A stretch of 49,805 nt of DNA from an uncultured archaeon (GCA_964451455.1 CAYVHT010000002.1:1-49805), one strand, 5' to 3'. Positions 1 to 7,865 are shown, numbered from the stretch's first letter. Translations and numbers: made by a program. The notes: a model not told the origin generated them from the letters alone.

Positions 1-231
1 TGTCCCATCCGTGAGATCTGTCCTTATCCCACGTTTCACGAGTCGTACCTTTTGACGGGCGATCCTCTGCTGCCACCTGCGCGTGCTTGTGCTGTGCATT
101 ATGCCATTGTGCTTGCACTGTATAGTGTTGTCCGTGAACAACGCATAGATTTTTCCAAATGTCCATCAATTAACAATGTGATGCGCCGATTTTACATTAT
201 GGGTGGTGATGATGTTTATTCGGAGTTGTGA
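1..231 (+). CDS. 3' end of an ORF entering from upstream of the window (function unknown)
   Basis: Frame +1 is open from nt 1 to TGA 229-231 (CPIREICPYPTFHES...MGGDDVYSEL*). It is absent from the ORF track because no start lies in the window. No motif recognised. Confidence 0.3.
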   Translation, partial: CPIREICPYPTFHESYLLTGDPLLPPARACAVHYAIVLALYSVVREQRIDFSKCPSINNVMRRFYIMGGDDVYSEL

Positions 232-745
232 CCGTGCTGCAGCGCTTCTGCGCAGGTTTTCGGACATTTTGGATCCGGCACAGCTAAATGCCTTCTCAGA
301 AGCGCTGCAAATCATACGTGCTGATTTTGAGGTAATGCTATCTGGCGGGCGCGTGCATTGTGGTCAAGCACGTGTGGATTCTGTGATTTGTGCACTAACT
401 GAGCTGCAATCTCTTGTGGTTTACGGGCCCTTATCTTCAGATATTTTAGATTTTGTAACGGTGTTCATGAACTGTGCATATAACTGGAACAAGAATGGTT
501 GTAATTCTGCTGTTGTGTACAAGCTCCTTGAAAATACGCAGGGCATTATTGATGGCAATATGTCATTATCTCAGGTGGTGTCTCAAATGTCACGCATATC
601 TGCAACGCTTTTAGCCACTGTCGGGTCTTCCGAGGCTTATAAATTGTCTAAAGAATATTTGCGGGTAATTCTTGGCGGTGGATTTATTGAGGGCGAGCCG
701 ACAGCTTCGCGGGCTCACGATTCAGGATCTTGCGGGGACGATTAA
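203..745 (+). CDS. hypothetical protein (180 aa)
   Basis: ORF track (GTG 203; in-frame ATG 209/212). Looks soluble and helical; no family recognised. Stop TAA 743-745 lies inside the TATA-like element of the next gene. Confidence 0.5.
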   Translation: MVMMFIRSCDRAAALLRRFSDILDPAQLNAFSEALQIIRADFEVMLSGGRVHCGQARVDSVICALTELQSLVVYGPLSSDILDFVTVFMNCAYNWNKNGCNSAVVYKLLENTQGIIDGNMSLSQVVSQMSRISATLLATVGSSEAYKLSKEYLRVILGGGFIEGEPTASRAHDSGSCGDD

Positions 746-757
746 ATTAAATATTTC
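743..757 (+). promoter_or_regulatory. TATA-like element for the His-x-x repeat gene (leaderless mRNA geometry)
   Basis: TTAAATTAAATATTT is centred about 25 nt upstream of GTG 775, the position expected for an archaeal TATA box placing the transcription start at or near the start codon. Confidence 0.45.
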
Positions 758-774
758 CCTGCACTATTATCTTC

Positions 775-1290
775 GTGGCCAAGAAGAACCTGCTTGCTTT
801 CATCAGATCCGAAGACGCCGGTTCTACTGGGGACAAGGTTGCCCGGGCGGGTGCGATCTTGGCAGGAATTGCGGCGGTTCCATTCATGCTCAATGGCGCT
901 TCTGCCGCCCACACAAACAGCATAACTGGCTCCTTTTCGTCTGGAACGATCACCGCAACTCACCAACACCACTCTTCTCATGCTTCCCACGCCTCCCACT
1001 CCCAACATACATCCCACGGCTCTCACGCCTCCCACTCCCAACACACGTCCCACGGCTCCCACTCCTCCCATTCCTCACACTCCTCCCACTCTTCTCACTC
1101 CTCCCACTCTTCCCATTCCTCCCACTCTTCTCACTCCTCACACTCTTCTCACTCATCCCATTCCTCCCATTCCTCACACTCCTCCCACGCCTCCCACTCC
1201 CAACACAGTTCTCACGGCTCTCATGGCAGCTGCGCTTGTGGCGGAGGGTGTGTGACTATTAGTCGTCAAACTACGACAATGCCTGGCTGA
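775..1290 (+). CDS. His-x-x triad repeat protein (171 aa) with signal-peptide-like N-terminus and C-terminal CACGGGC motif; candidate substrate of the adjacent radical SAM enzymes
   Basis: ORF track, GTG start. The N-terminus has a charged 20 aa, then hydrophobic AGAILAGIAAVPFML, then ASA/A. There are 29 consecutive in-frame H-x-x triads (nt 970-1230), followed by CACGGGC (1231-1251). Other-frame ORFs over the repeat are shadows. Confidence 0.8.
   Translation: MAKKNLLAFIRSEDAGSTGDKVARAGAILAGIAAVPFMLNGASAAHTNSITGSFSSGTITATHQHHSSHASHASHSQHTSHGSHASHSQHTSHGSHSSHSSHSSHSSHSSHSSHSSHSSHSSHSSHSSHSSHSSHSSHASHSQHSSHGSHGSCACGGGCVTISRQTTTMPG
970..1230 (+). repeat. In-frame 9-nt (H-x-x) tandem repeat, 29 units; 14 perfect HSS units at 1060-1185
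   Basis: Codon-by-codon reading gives HSS HAS HAS HSQ HTS HGS HAS HSQ HTS HGS, then (HSS)x14, then HAS HSQ HSS HGS HGS. Synonymous codons are mixed (cac/cat; tcc/tct/tca), so the repeat is perfect at protein level and imperfect at DNA level. Confidence 0.95.
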
Positions 1291-1299
1291 GGTGATCGG

Positions 1300-2013
1300 A
1301 TGCGCTTACAGTATCCACATTTTCTCGCGCTGGGCGCGACGGTGTTCGCAGTTGTTCTTATTATCATGGGCACTGCCCCACACAGCAAAATAGTTCTCAC
1401 GTACTCTGGGAGCAGAAGCGATCTTCAATGGCTTATTTCTCCAAACACGGACCTGTTCTACAGGTCTATGTTTGATAAAAATCTTTACGCTGCTTTCATG
1501 AAGATCGCAGAGAATAATATAGCAGAACTCATTCTTTGCAAGGATCCTACGCAGTATTTTTGCTGTATTAATCTCCTGTCCGAGCTTGGTCCAGGAGTTG
1601 ATTCTGCAGCGTTCCCACGCATAGATATTAACACCCTGTGCTTTGACTTGTCCAAGCCAGTGTGTGATTGTCGGATCGCATACTACTTAAAAACAGCCCC
1701 TGATGCCGATATCAATTACTTGCGTGAACATATAATCCTCCCAAGTAGGCGGGATGTGGCCCGTCTTCCATCCCCTGTACGCGGTGCAATGTATTATGCG
1801 CTTGCTCGCATGGACGTGAATGCTTGCCCACTTGTTCCTGGCGATATTGGGGGTCCTGCCTGCGTAGTGCTGCACGACGCTGCAGCCAAGGCGTACTTTT
1901 GCGGAGCATCTCATATTCCCGTAAATTACATTACGGCTTCAACCGAGGCGGATTCTAGGGTCTGCATTCCATTGCTTAGGTACTATTTTGGCTACGGCGA
2001 GGGCAATGCGTGA
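1300..2013 (+). CDS. membrane-anchored Cys-rich hypothetical protein (237 aa)
   Basis: ATG 1300 is preceded by Shine-Dalgarno (SD)-like GAGGTGA (1289-1295), 9 nt after the repeat gene stop. N-terminal TM helix (LALGATVFAVVLIIMG); 10 Cys in the remainder. No family recognised. Confidence 0.7.
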   Translation: MRLQYPHFLALGATVFAVVLIIMGTAPHSKIVLTYSGSRSDLQWLISPNTDLFYRSMFDKNLYAAFMKIAENNIAELILCKDPTQYFCCINLLSELGPGVDSAAFPRIDINTLCFDLSKPVCDCRIAYYLKTAPDADINYLREHIILPSRRDVARLPSPVRGAMYYALARMDVNACPLVPGDIGGPACVVLHDAAAKAYFCGASHIPVNYITASTEADSRVCIPLLRYYFGYGEGNA

Positions 2014-3142
2014 TTTTTCCCTCGCCCTTGACGTGTATTTGAAGGATGCTTGCCCTCTTCGTTGCAAGTATTGCTATCTGCGAAGGCATCCTCATGCTTT
2101 GACCGATTCAAATCGTAATCTCTCTCCGAGTGTGCTGGCGCGTTGGATAGCGGATGCGAGCATTTCAAAGGTGTATATCAATGTGCGTTATGGGGAGCCC
2201 GCTCTCTCTGCGCGTGGTTTGTATAGCTTAATCCAACGCCTTCGTCTGTATGGTGTTGACGTATTGTCAGCAAATGTGGTTACATCCGCTTTTCCATATT
2301 CCCCCGTATTCCCTTTACTATCCACATTGCTAACGACGCGGTTGCAGATATCTGTTGATGGCCCCTACCACGTGAACAGATTTCGAGTTCAGTCCCCCAA
2401 ACTTCATTCCCGCATTGAAGAAAATATTCGCAAGTACTTGGCCCATATGCGTGACAGCAAAATTTCCGCTGCAGTAACCGTCACCGATTTGAATTTGAAT
2501 CGCCTTCAGGATGTTCGGCAGTATTTAGAGGGTCTAGGATTTCCAAGGGCAATGTTTTCTCCTGTTGATGATGGTGTTTCGTTCGTTCTTTCTGGGAGGT
2601 ATGGGGATTATTTGCTACAATCTGCCGAGCTATTTGCTGATGTTTTCTCACGCTGGGAGCGCGGTGAATCCACTTTCCAAGCTCCGATAATGGCTGGACT
2701 AAATTCTCTACTGTATGGAAACTACTCGGAACCGGAAATATGTAATCCCATCAGACGTACTAGCGTTTTTGTTGCTCCGGATGGCAGAGTATTTCCTTGC
2801 ATTCACGCGTATTTATTATATCTTCTAGATCCCGATAATTACTCTAGCTTCCTTCTGGGTTCTATACATCTGGATAGTTTTGAAGATGTTTTTGATCGTT
2901 TTGCAGATGCTGCAGATCTTATTCGCGAGTTCAGATATATGGAGGTGGAACGCTTTTCGGAATATGGTATACTCCTTGGGTGCGAGTTCGCTTTGCACGA
3001 TTTTGCTCAACTTCATAACGTTTCTACAGATTATATTTATCAGCGGGCATCGCCTCAGGTGGAAAAGGTGCGACCGGCAGTTTTGGATCTTCTATCCACA
3101 TTTTCAAAGGATGAACTCTTGCGCTTCGGGTGGCAGTATTGA
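2006..3142 (+). CDS. radical SAM enzyme with twitch/SPASM-type C-terminal Cys motif (peptide-maturase-like), copy 1
   Basis: CX3CX2C (CPLRCKYC), GEP motif (RYGEPAL), ISVDGP..., and C-x13-G-x4-C (CNPIRRTSVFVAPDGRVFPC). ATG 2006 overlaps the upstream stop TGA 2011-2013. The ORF track lists an upstream TTG at 1988. Confidence 0.85.
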   Translation: MRDFSLALDVYLKDACPLRCKYCYLRRHPHALTDSNRNLSPSVLARWIADASISKVYINVRYGEPALSARGLYSLIQRLRLYGVDVLSANVVTSAFPYSPVFPLLSTLLTTRLQISVDGPYHVNRFRVQSPKLHSRIEENIRKYLAHMRDSKISAAVTVTDLNLNRLQDVRQYLEGLGFPRAMFSPVDDGVSFVLSGRYGDYLLQSAELFADVFSRWERGESTFQAPIMAGLNSLLYGNYSEPEICNPIRRTSVFVAPDGRVFPCIHAYLLYLLDPDNYSSFLLGSIHLDSFEDVFDRFADAADLIREFRYMEVERFSEYGILLGCEFALHDFAQLHNVSTDYIYQRASPQVEKVRPAVLDLLSTFSKDELLRFGWQY

Positions 3143-4179
3143 GTAAATATTCAATACAGGTAATGGTTACCCGTAGGTGCCCTCTTGCGTGCCCATATTG
3201 CTATGTTCAGAAGACCCTCCAAGATATGGACGCTCACGTTCTACGCGCGAGTGTTGATTTTATTAATTCAATTGTGCCTAGAAATGCGGTACTTAATCTT
3301 AATCTTACAGGGGGAGAACCATTTCTGCGTCAAGATATCATCATCTCACTGGTGCGAAGGATTTGGAATATGTGTGTATCTAAATCTTGCCTCCTTCGGG
3401 CGTATGTGAACACATCTGCATATTTGCCTGCAAAATTATCAACACTTTTGACGTTAAATAGTCTTAACGTGTCTGGGATGCGATCGTGGGTAGAGATCTC
3501 CTTAAATGGGCCGGAACACATTAATGATTATCATCGTGTGCTTCCCGGCGGTTTTGGCACTTATCGCGCTAGTTATGGGCATGCTAAGCAAATGTTGAAT
3601 TACGTCCCTGTTTTTATCCGCACAGTGCTACCACCAGTAGCTGCGGAGCACTTGGATGATTATTTGATTTGGTTTGAGCGCCGCTTCCGGGAGGGTTTTT
3701 GGCTGGCAGAGGTGGGGACTGCTATCGGGTACTTTAGCTATTCAGATGATTTCGCCAAATTTTACTCAGAGCTTGTTGACGAGTTATTGAAACTCATTGC
3801 CGATTTATATTTGAATGGCCAATTCATCTTGTGGCGCACTGTTGCCGAGAACGCGCTTTTTTCACAGTCTATTGAGCGAACCACCGAGCCGGTTGAGTAT
3901 CTCCCATGTGCTGCAGGGAAACGGCGGTTTTTGATAGATGTGGATGGTATGGTATACTACTGTACGATGTTCCGTGAGTTTGCTCCGGAGTCTGGAAAAA
4001 TCGGTTCGGTCTTTGACGGTGTGACGCTGTCACCTTTACGCGCCCCTTGCCCCTTATCAGTTTGCAAATCCGGCAGTGGTGCCATAACCAATATGCGCAA
4101 GGATTATTTGCTACTAAAAAAGATTCTCGGCAAGGATTTGTTTCGCGCATATTTGAATGATGCCAAGCGGTGGGTGTGA
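3130..4179 (+). CDS. radical SAM enzyme with twitch/SPASM-type C-terminal Cys motif (peptide-maturase-like), copy 2
   Basis: CX3CX2C (CPLACPYC), LTGGEPFL, ISLNGPEHIND, C-x12-G-x4-C (CAAGKRRFLIDVDGMVYYC), then CPLSVC. GTG 3130 overlaps the stop of copy 1 (3142). Alternative ATG at 3163. Confidence 0.85.
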   Translation: MAVLSKYSIQVMVTRRCPLACPYCYVQKTLQDMDAHVLRASVDFINSIVPRNAVLNLNLTGGEPFLRQDIIISLVRRIWNMCVSKSCLLRAYVNTSAYLPAKLSTLLTLNSLNVSGMRSWVEISLNGPEHINDYHRVLPGGFGTYRASYGHAKQMLNYVPVFIRTVLPPVAAEHLDDYLIWFERRFREGFWLAEVGTAIGYFSYSDDFAKFYSELVDELLKLIADLYLNGQFILWRTVAENALFSQSIERTTEPVEYLPCAAGKRRFLIDVDGMVYYCTMFREFAPESGKIGSVFDGVTLSPLRAPCPLSVCKSGSGAITNMRKDYLLLKKILGKDLFRAYLNDAKRWV

Positions 4180-5519
4180 TGTCCCCTTTTTTTGCGTACT
4201 TGTTATTGTTGGTGTTCGTGGGAGCTCTGGTTGTTGCTATCGCCATATTTTATGCACGTAAATTGTTGCGTCGGAAATGTTGTTTGACGTTGAACGTGCG
4301 CTGGGAGCAGGTGATTGTCGGGGCTGCCGCGTTTACCGTGATTTTAATTCTTGGGGCAAAAGCACCATTATTTGGTGATGACTGTTTTGACCCGTTGATT
4401 TTTCCCTTATTGTGGCGAAATGGTTTTGCAGTTCCATATTTCATGCCTATTGGTATTTTTGTATATTATTTATTATATTTGCTGGTTGGCTTGGGCCCTA
4501 TTTATATGTATGTCTTGATCATGCTCAATGCAATTCTCGCATCTTTGGTGATTGCGCATGCGTGGGGCCGGGTTCGCTGGCTCGCGCTCTTACCACTAAG
4601 TATTCCTCTCGTCCCGTATATTTACGGGTCCCCGTATCTTGTGGCTGGCCTTGCTACAGTATTTGGTTATTTCTCTCTGGTGCGTTTTCGTGATGGGGAT
4701 GAGGTGGGTGGTTTTCTTCTTGGTATTTTGGCCACATATACGCGTGAAGAACTCATCTTAATTCCGTTGTTTTACTTATTTCTCTGGCTTCTTCGAAGGA
4801 GCTGGTCAAAGACCATTCTTGCTGCACTGCTTATTCCCTATTCGCTATTTGTGTATGCATATTCGACTGCGTGGTTGCATCCGCACTTTGATGCATCTAT
4901 CATCCACACTAACGTGTTCGTTCATATTTTCCGCGCATTTATGGCGAACATTCTTGCAGTTGCGGCAGATATTCTAACACTAGTTCCAATAGGTTTCATA
5001 GCGTTGTTTGCGTTTATTGGCAATATCTTTTCATACGTGGGTGGGGAATACTTCAAGCAATATGTGGTGGCGTCACTTCTTCTGCTTCCCGTCATGCGCC
5101 GCATGGATGGTCGGACATCTTTCGTACTTTTCGTAAGTCTGGTACTGCTAAATTGTGCGCTTTTGTACGCTGCGCCACAGCTTCCTTCATTATATCGCGC
5201 CGTTTATGTTCATTTGGCTAAAACATATGCACAGACCAGCGATATCTATGTTGCTGCTTTCGCACGTGGGGTGTATCCACGAGTCCTTGGTATTACTGCC
5301 ACTGCGCCAATCTATGTTCTTTCGGGGGGGAGAGCGAATGTTGTCAATGTTGTAGATACCGCATCTGTGCCCCATTTTGCTTGCAAATATAATGCTCTGC
5401 ACAACGTTGACTATATCGTCTGTGATCGGTTTGTTCGCGAAGTGTGTGGGTGCAATTATGGCCCCGTTGTTCAGAGCTATGGGGACGTCTTTATTGTTTT
5501 GAACGATGCCAAAAAATGA
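4179..5519 (+). CDS. polytopic integral membrane protein (about 11-12 TM), last gene of the repeat/radical SAM operon
   Basis: ATG 4179 overlaps the upstream stop by one nt (TGATG at 4177-4181), with SD-like GGTGGGTG upstream; the ORF track start is GTG 4170. Strongly hydrophobic throughout, with a DD pair in the first predicted external loop (PLFGDDCFDP). Family not recognised. Confidence 0.75.
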   Translation: MSPFFAYLLLLVFVGALVVAIAIFYARKLLRRKCCLTLNVRWEQVIVGAAAFTVILILGAKAPLFGDDCFDPLIFPLLWRNGFAVPYFMPIGIFVYYLLYLLVGLGPIYMYVLIMLNAILASLVIAHAWGRVRWLALLPLSIPLVPYIYGSPYLVAGLATVFGYFSLVRFRDGDEVGGFLLGILATYTREELILIPLFYLFLWLLRRSWSKTILAALLIPYSLFVYAYSTAWLHPHFDASIIHTNVFVHIFRAFMANILAVAADILTLVPIGFIALFAFIGNIFSYVGGEYFKQYVVASLLLLPVMRRMDGRTSFVLFVSLVLLNCALLYAAPQLPSLYRAVYVHLAKTYAQTSDIYVAAFARGVYPRVLGITATAPIYVLSGGRANVVNVVDTASVPHFACKYNALHNVDYIVCDRFVREVCGCNYGPVVQSYGDVFIVLNDAKK

Positions 5520-5528
5520 GTTTGGGGG

Positions 5529-7865
5529 CTACCCCCTCCCCCACCTCTTCGCCAGCTCCTGATACTCCTGAATCTGCTCAGGAGTGAGGGAGGGTTTCAC
5601 CTTCTTTAGTGCTTCCTCGAAGTGCTTCATGCGCACAGCATCTATGTGCTTCTTGCCCCCCTTGATCGCCTCGCGTATCGCTGCCATTCCCGCTTCGCGG
5701 CAGACTGCGGCTATGTCTGCGCCAGTGTACCCCTCTGTTCTCTTGGCCAGTTCGCGCAGGTCCACATCGTCCGCCAGCTTCATGCCTCTCGTGTGGACTT
5801 TGAATATTTCGTATCGTCCTTCCTCGTTCGGAGGTGGCACGAAGATTAGCTTTTCTAGCCTGCCCGGACGGAGCAGCGCCGGATCTACCAGGTCTGGCCT
5901 GTTGGTTGTTGCTATGACCACTACGTCCTTCATCTCTGCCACACCGTCCATCTCGGACAGCAACTGTGCAACGATTCTCTCCGTGACTCTGTTTGTGTCA
6001 CTGCCTCGGACCGGCGCTATGGCGTCAATCTCATCAAAGAACACAATGCTGGGCGCCACGAGCTTTGCCCTGCGGAATATCTGGCGCACGGCCTTCTCAC
6101 TCTCACCCACCCACTTGCTCAGTATCTCTGGGCCCTTGATTGCAATGAAGTTGGCATTTGCCTCGTTGGCCACCGCCTTTGCTATGAGTGTCTTGCCCGT
6201 TCCAGGAGGACCGTAGAGCAGTATTCCTCGTGGTGGTTCAATCCCTGCCTCTTTGAAGAGCTCGGGATACTTCAGTGGCCACTCTATCGCTTCTCGGACC
6301 TCGTTCTTCACGCTCTCTAGGCCACCGATGTCATCCCAGCGGACCTTTGGGACTTCTACCATTACCTCTCGCATGGCGGAAGGCTCAACACGCTTGAGGG
6401 CGTCAAGGAAGTCCTGATACTTCACACTCAACGACTCGAGGACTTCCTTTGGCAGCGGGGACTCACCCGCTTTCTTTATATCTGGTATTGCGCGACGCAG
6501 GGCTATCATGCCTGCTTCCTTGCAGAGGGCAGCCAGGTCCGCTCCCGTGTAGCCGACGGTGAGATCTGCGATCTCTGCAAACATTTCATCGCGCAACGCA
6601 TCTTCAAGCTTTCTCTTTTTCTCTTCTGGCAGGTCTTCGGCGAGTTTTCTTGCCTCTTCTAGCGTGTTTGCTTTCGTTATCTTTTCATAGTCTTTGTCTT
6701 TCTCTGCCAGTCGCTCTGCCACTCGTTTCACTGCTGCTAGGTCGTAGTAAACGTCCAGTGGCATCTTGCGGCTGTGGATCTTTAGAATTTCTATTCTGCC
6801 CTCGCGGTCGGGTACGCCTATTTCTATCTCTCTGTCAAATCTCCCGGGCCTGCGGAGCGCTGGATCTATATCATCTGGCCTGTTCGTCGCGCCTATGACT
6901 ATTACGTCCCCCCTGCTCTTCAGACCGTCCATTAGGGTTAGGAGTTGCGCCACGATTCTTCTCTCCACATCTCCCTTCGTTTCCTCGCGCTTCGGCGCTA
7001 TGGCATCTATCTCATCTATGAAGATAATCGCTGGTGCGTTCTTCTGTGCCTCCTCAAATACCTTCCTCAGGTTCTCTTCGGACTGGCCGTAGTACTTGCT
7101 CACGATCTCCGGCCCGTTTATTGTCAGGAAGTGCGCGTTCGCCTCGTTGGCCACGGCCTTTGCCAGGAGTGTCTTTCCTGTGCCAGGGGGACCGTAGAGG
7201 AGCACACCCTTGGGCGGTTCAATGCCCAGTCGCTTGAACACCTCCGGGTGGCGGAGGGGTAGCTCTACCATCTCGCGAATGAGTTCAATTTCTTTCTTTA
7301 GGCCGCCTATGTCTTCATAGGTCACGTCGCTCACGTGGGCCTGTACCGGTTTGTCTGATATGCGCACCTTTGTCTTCTCTGTTATGATTACTGGGCCTGC
7401 GGGCTTCGTCTTGGCGACCACGAAGGGCACGGCGAGGTATTGATATCCGTAGGGAATGTACGTCTGGACTGCATCTCCTTGTATTACTGGTGTATTAAGC
7501 AGAAAGTCCTTTATCTCCGTGCTATAGTCCAGTATCTCCTTGGGATACTCACCCTCTGGCGGCGCTAGGAGCACTTCCGTTGCCGGTTTAGCTTCTACCT
7601 TCTCCACATTAACCATTTCGTCTATGCCCACGCCAGCATTCTGCCTGAGCGTTCCATCCATGCGGATAATGTTGGGGTTCGCATACTCATCGTCTGGTGC
7701 GAGTCTAAGCGCCTTCGCCACCGTTTCTTTCTCTCCCTTGATGAGTATGACGTCTCCCTGTTTTAGCCCTAACTCGTCAAATATGACTGCAGGAATGCGC
7801 GCCACCTTTCTCCCAACGTCTCTATCATAAGCGCGTTTTACCTTGAGCGTAACCATATTTTTCAC
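5529..7865 (-). CDS. cdc48: Cdc48/VCP-type AAA+ ATPase (two AAA modules), paralog 1
   Basis: 778 aa. GPPGTGKT occurs twice (Walker A); Walker B as IIFIDEID and IVFFDEID; N-domain MVTLKVK...[11 protein letters not shown] 7865 (alternative ATG 7856). Confidence 0.95.
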   Translation of the reverse strand: MKNMVTLKVKRAYDRDVGRKVARIPAVIFDELGLKQGDVILIKGEKETVAKALRLAPDDEYANPNIIRMDGTLRQNAGVGIDEMVNVEKVEAKPATEVLLAPPEGEYPKEILDYSTEIKDFLLNTPVIQGDAVQTYIPYGYQYLAVPFVVAKTKPAGPVIITEKTKVRISDKPVQAHVSDVTYEDIGGLKKEIELIREMVELPLRHPEVFKRLGIEPPKGVLLYGPPGTGKTLLAKAVANEANAHFLTINGPEIVSKYYGQSEENLRKVFEEAQKNAPAIIFIDEIDAIAPKREETKGDVERRIVAQLLTLMDGLKSRGDVIVIGATNRPDDIDPALRRPGRFDREIEIGVPDREGRIEILKIHSRKMPLDVYYDLAAVKRVAERLAEKDKDYEKITKANTLEEARKLAEDLPEEKKRKLEDALRDEMFAEIADLTVGYTGADLAALCKEAGMIALRRAIPDIKKAGESPLPKEVLESLSVKYQDFLDALKRVEPSAMREVMVEVPKVRWDDIGGLESVKNEVREAIEWPLKYPELFKEAGIEPPRGILLYGPPGTGKTLIAKAVANEANANFIAIKGPEILSKWVGESEKAVRQIFRRAKLVAPSIVFFDEIDAIAPVRGSDTNRVTERIVAQLLSEMDGVAEMKDVVVIATTNRPDLVDPALLRPGRLEKLIFVPPPNEEGRYEIFKVHTRGMKLADDVDLRELAKRTEGYTGADIAAVCREAGMAAIREAIKGGKKHIDAVRMKHFEEALKKVKPSLTPEQIQEYQELAKRWGRG

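Noticed and set aside
970-1230. The tandem 9-nt repeat as a CRISPR array or neutral microsatellite
   Set aside because: There are no spacers and the unit is only 9 nt. It is in frame within a long ORF. Synonymous-codon variation with a perfect peptide repeat argues for a coding repeat under selection.
672-1262. ORFs 672..1262(+), 980..1255(+), 742..1071(-) and 950..1177(-) overlapping the His-x-x repeat
   Set aside because: They are open only because the 9-nt repeat lacks stops in other frames. They give Pro/Leu/Thr- or Gly/Arg-rich nonsense, have no promoter or SD, and overlap the well-supported frame that has the TATA box and operon coupling.
5584-7830. Antisense ORFs inside long genes, here those within cdc48. 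Others include 11581..12666 in mcm, 26644..28189 in abce1, 30809..31819 in the second ATPase, 34655..35790 in the radical SAM gene, 45072..46419 and 46596..47140 in topA, and 48176..48565 in cdc48 paralog 2
   Set aside because: These are mirror-frame ORFs opposite strongly supported conserved genes. Their products are Ser/Arg/Leu-rich with no motifs.
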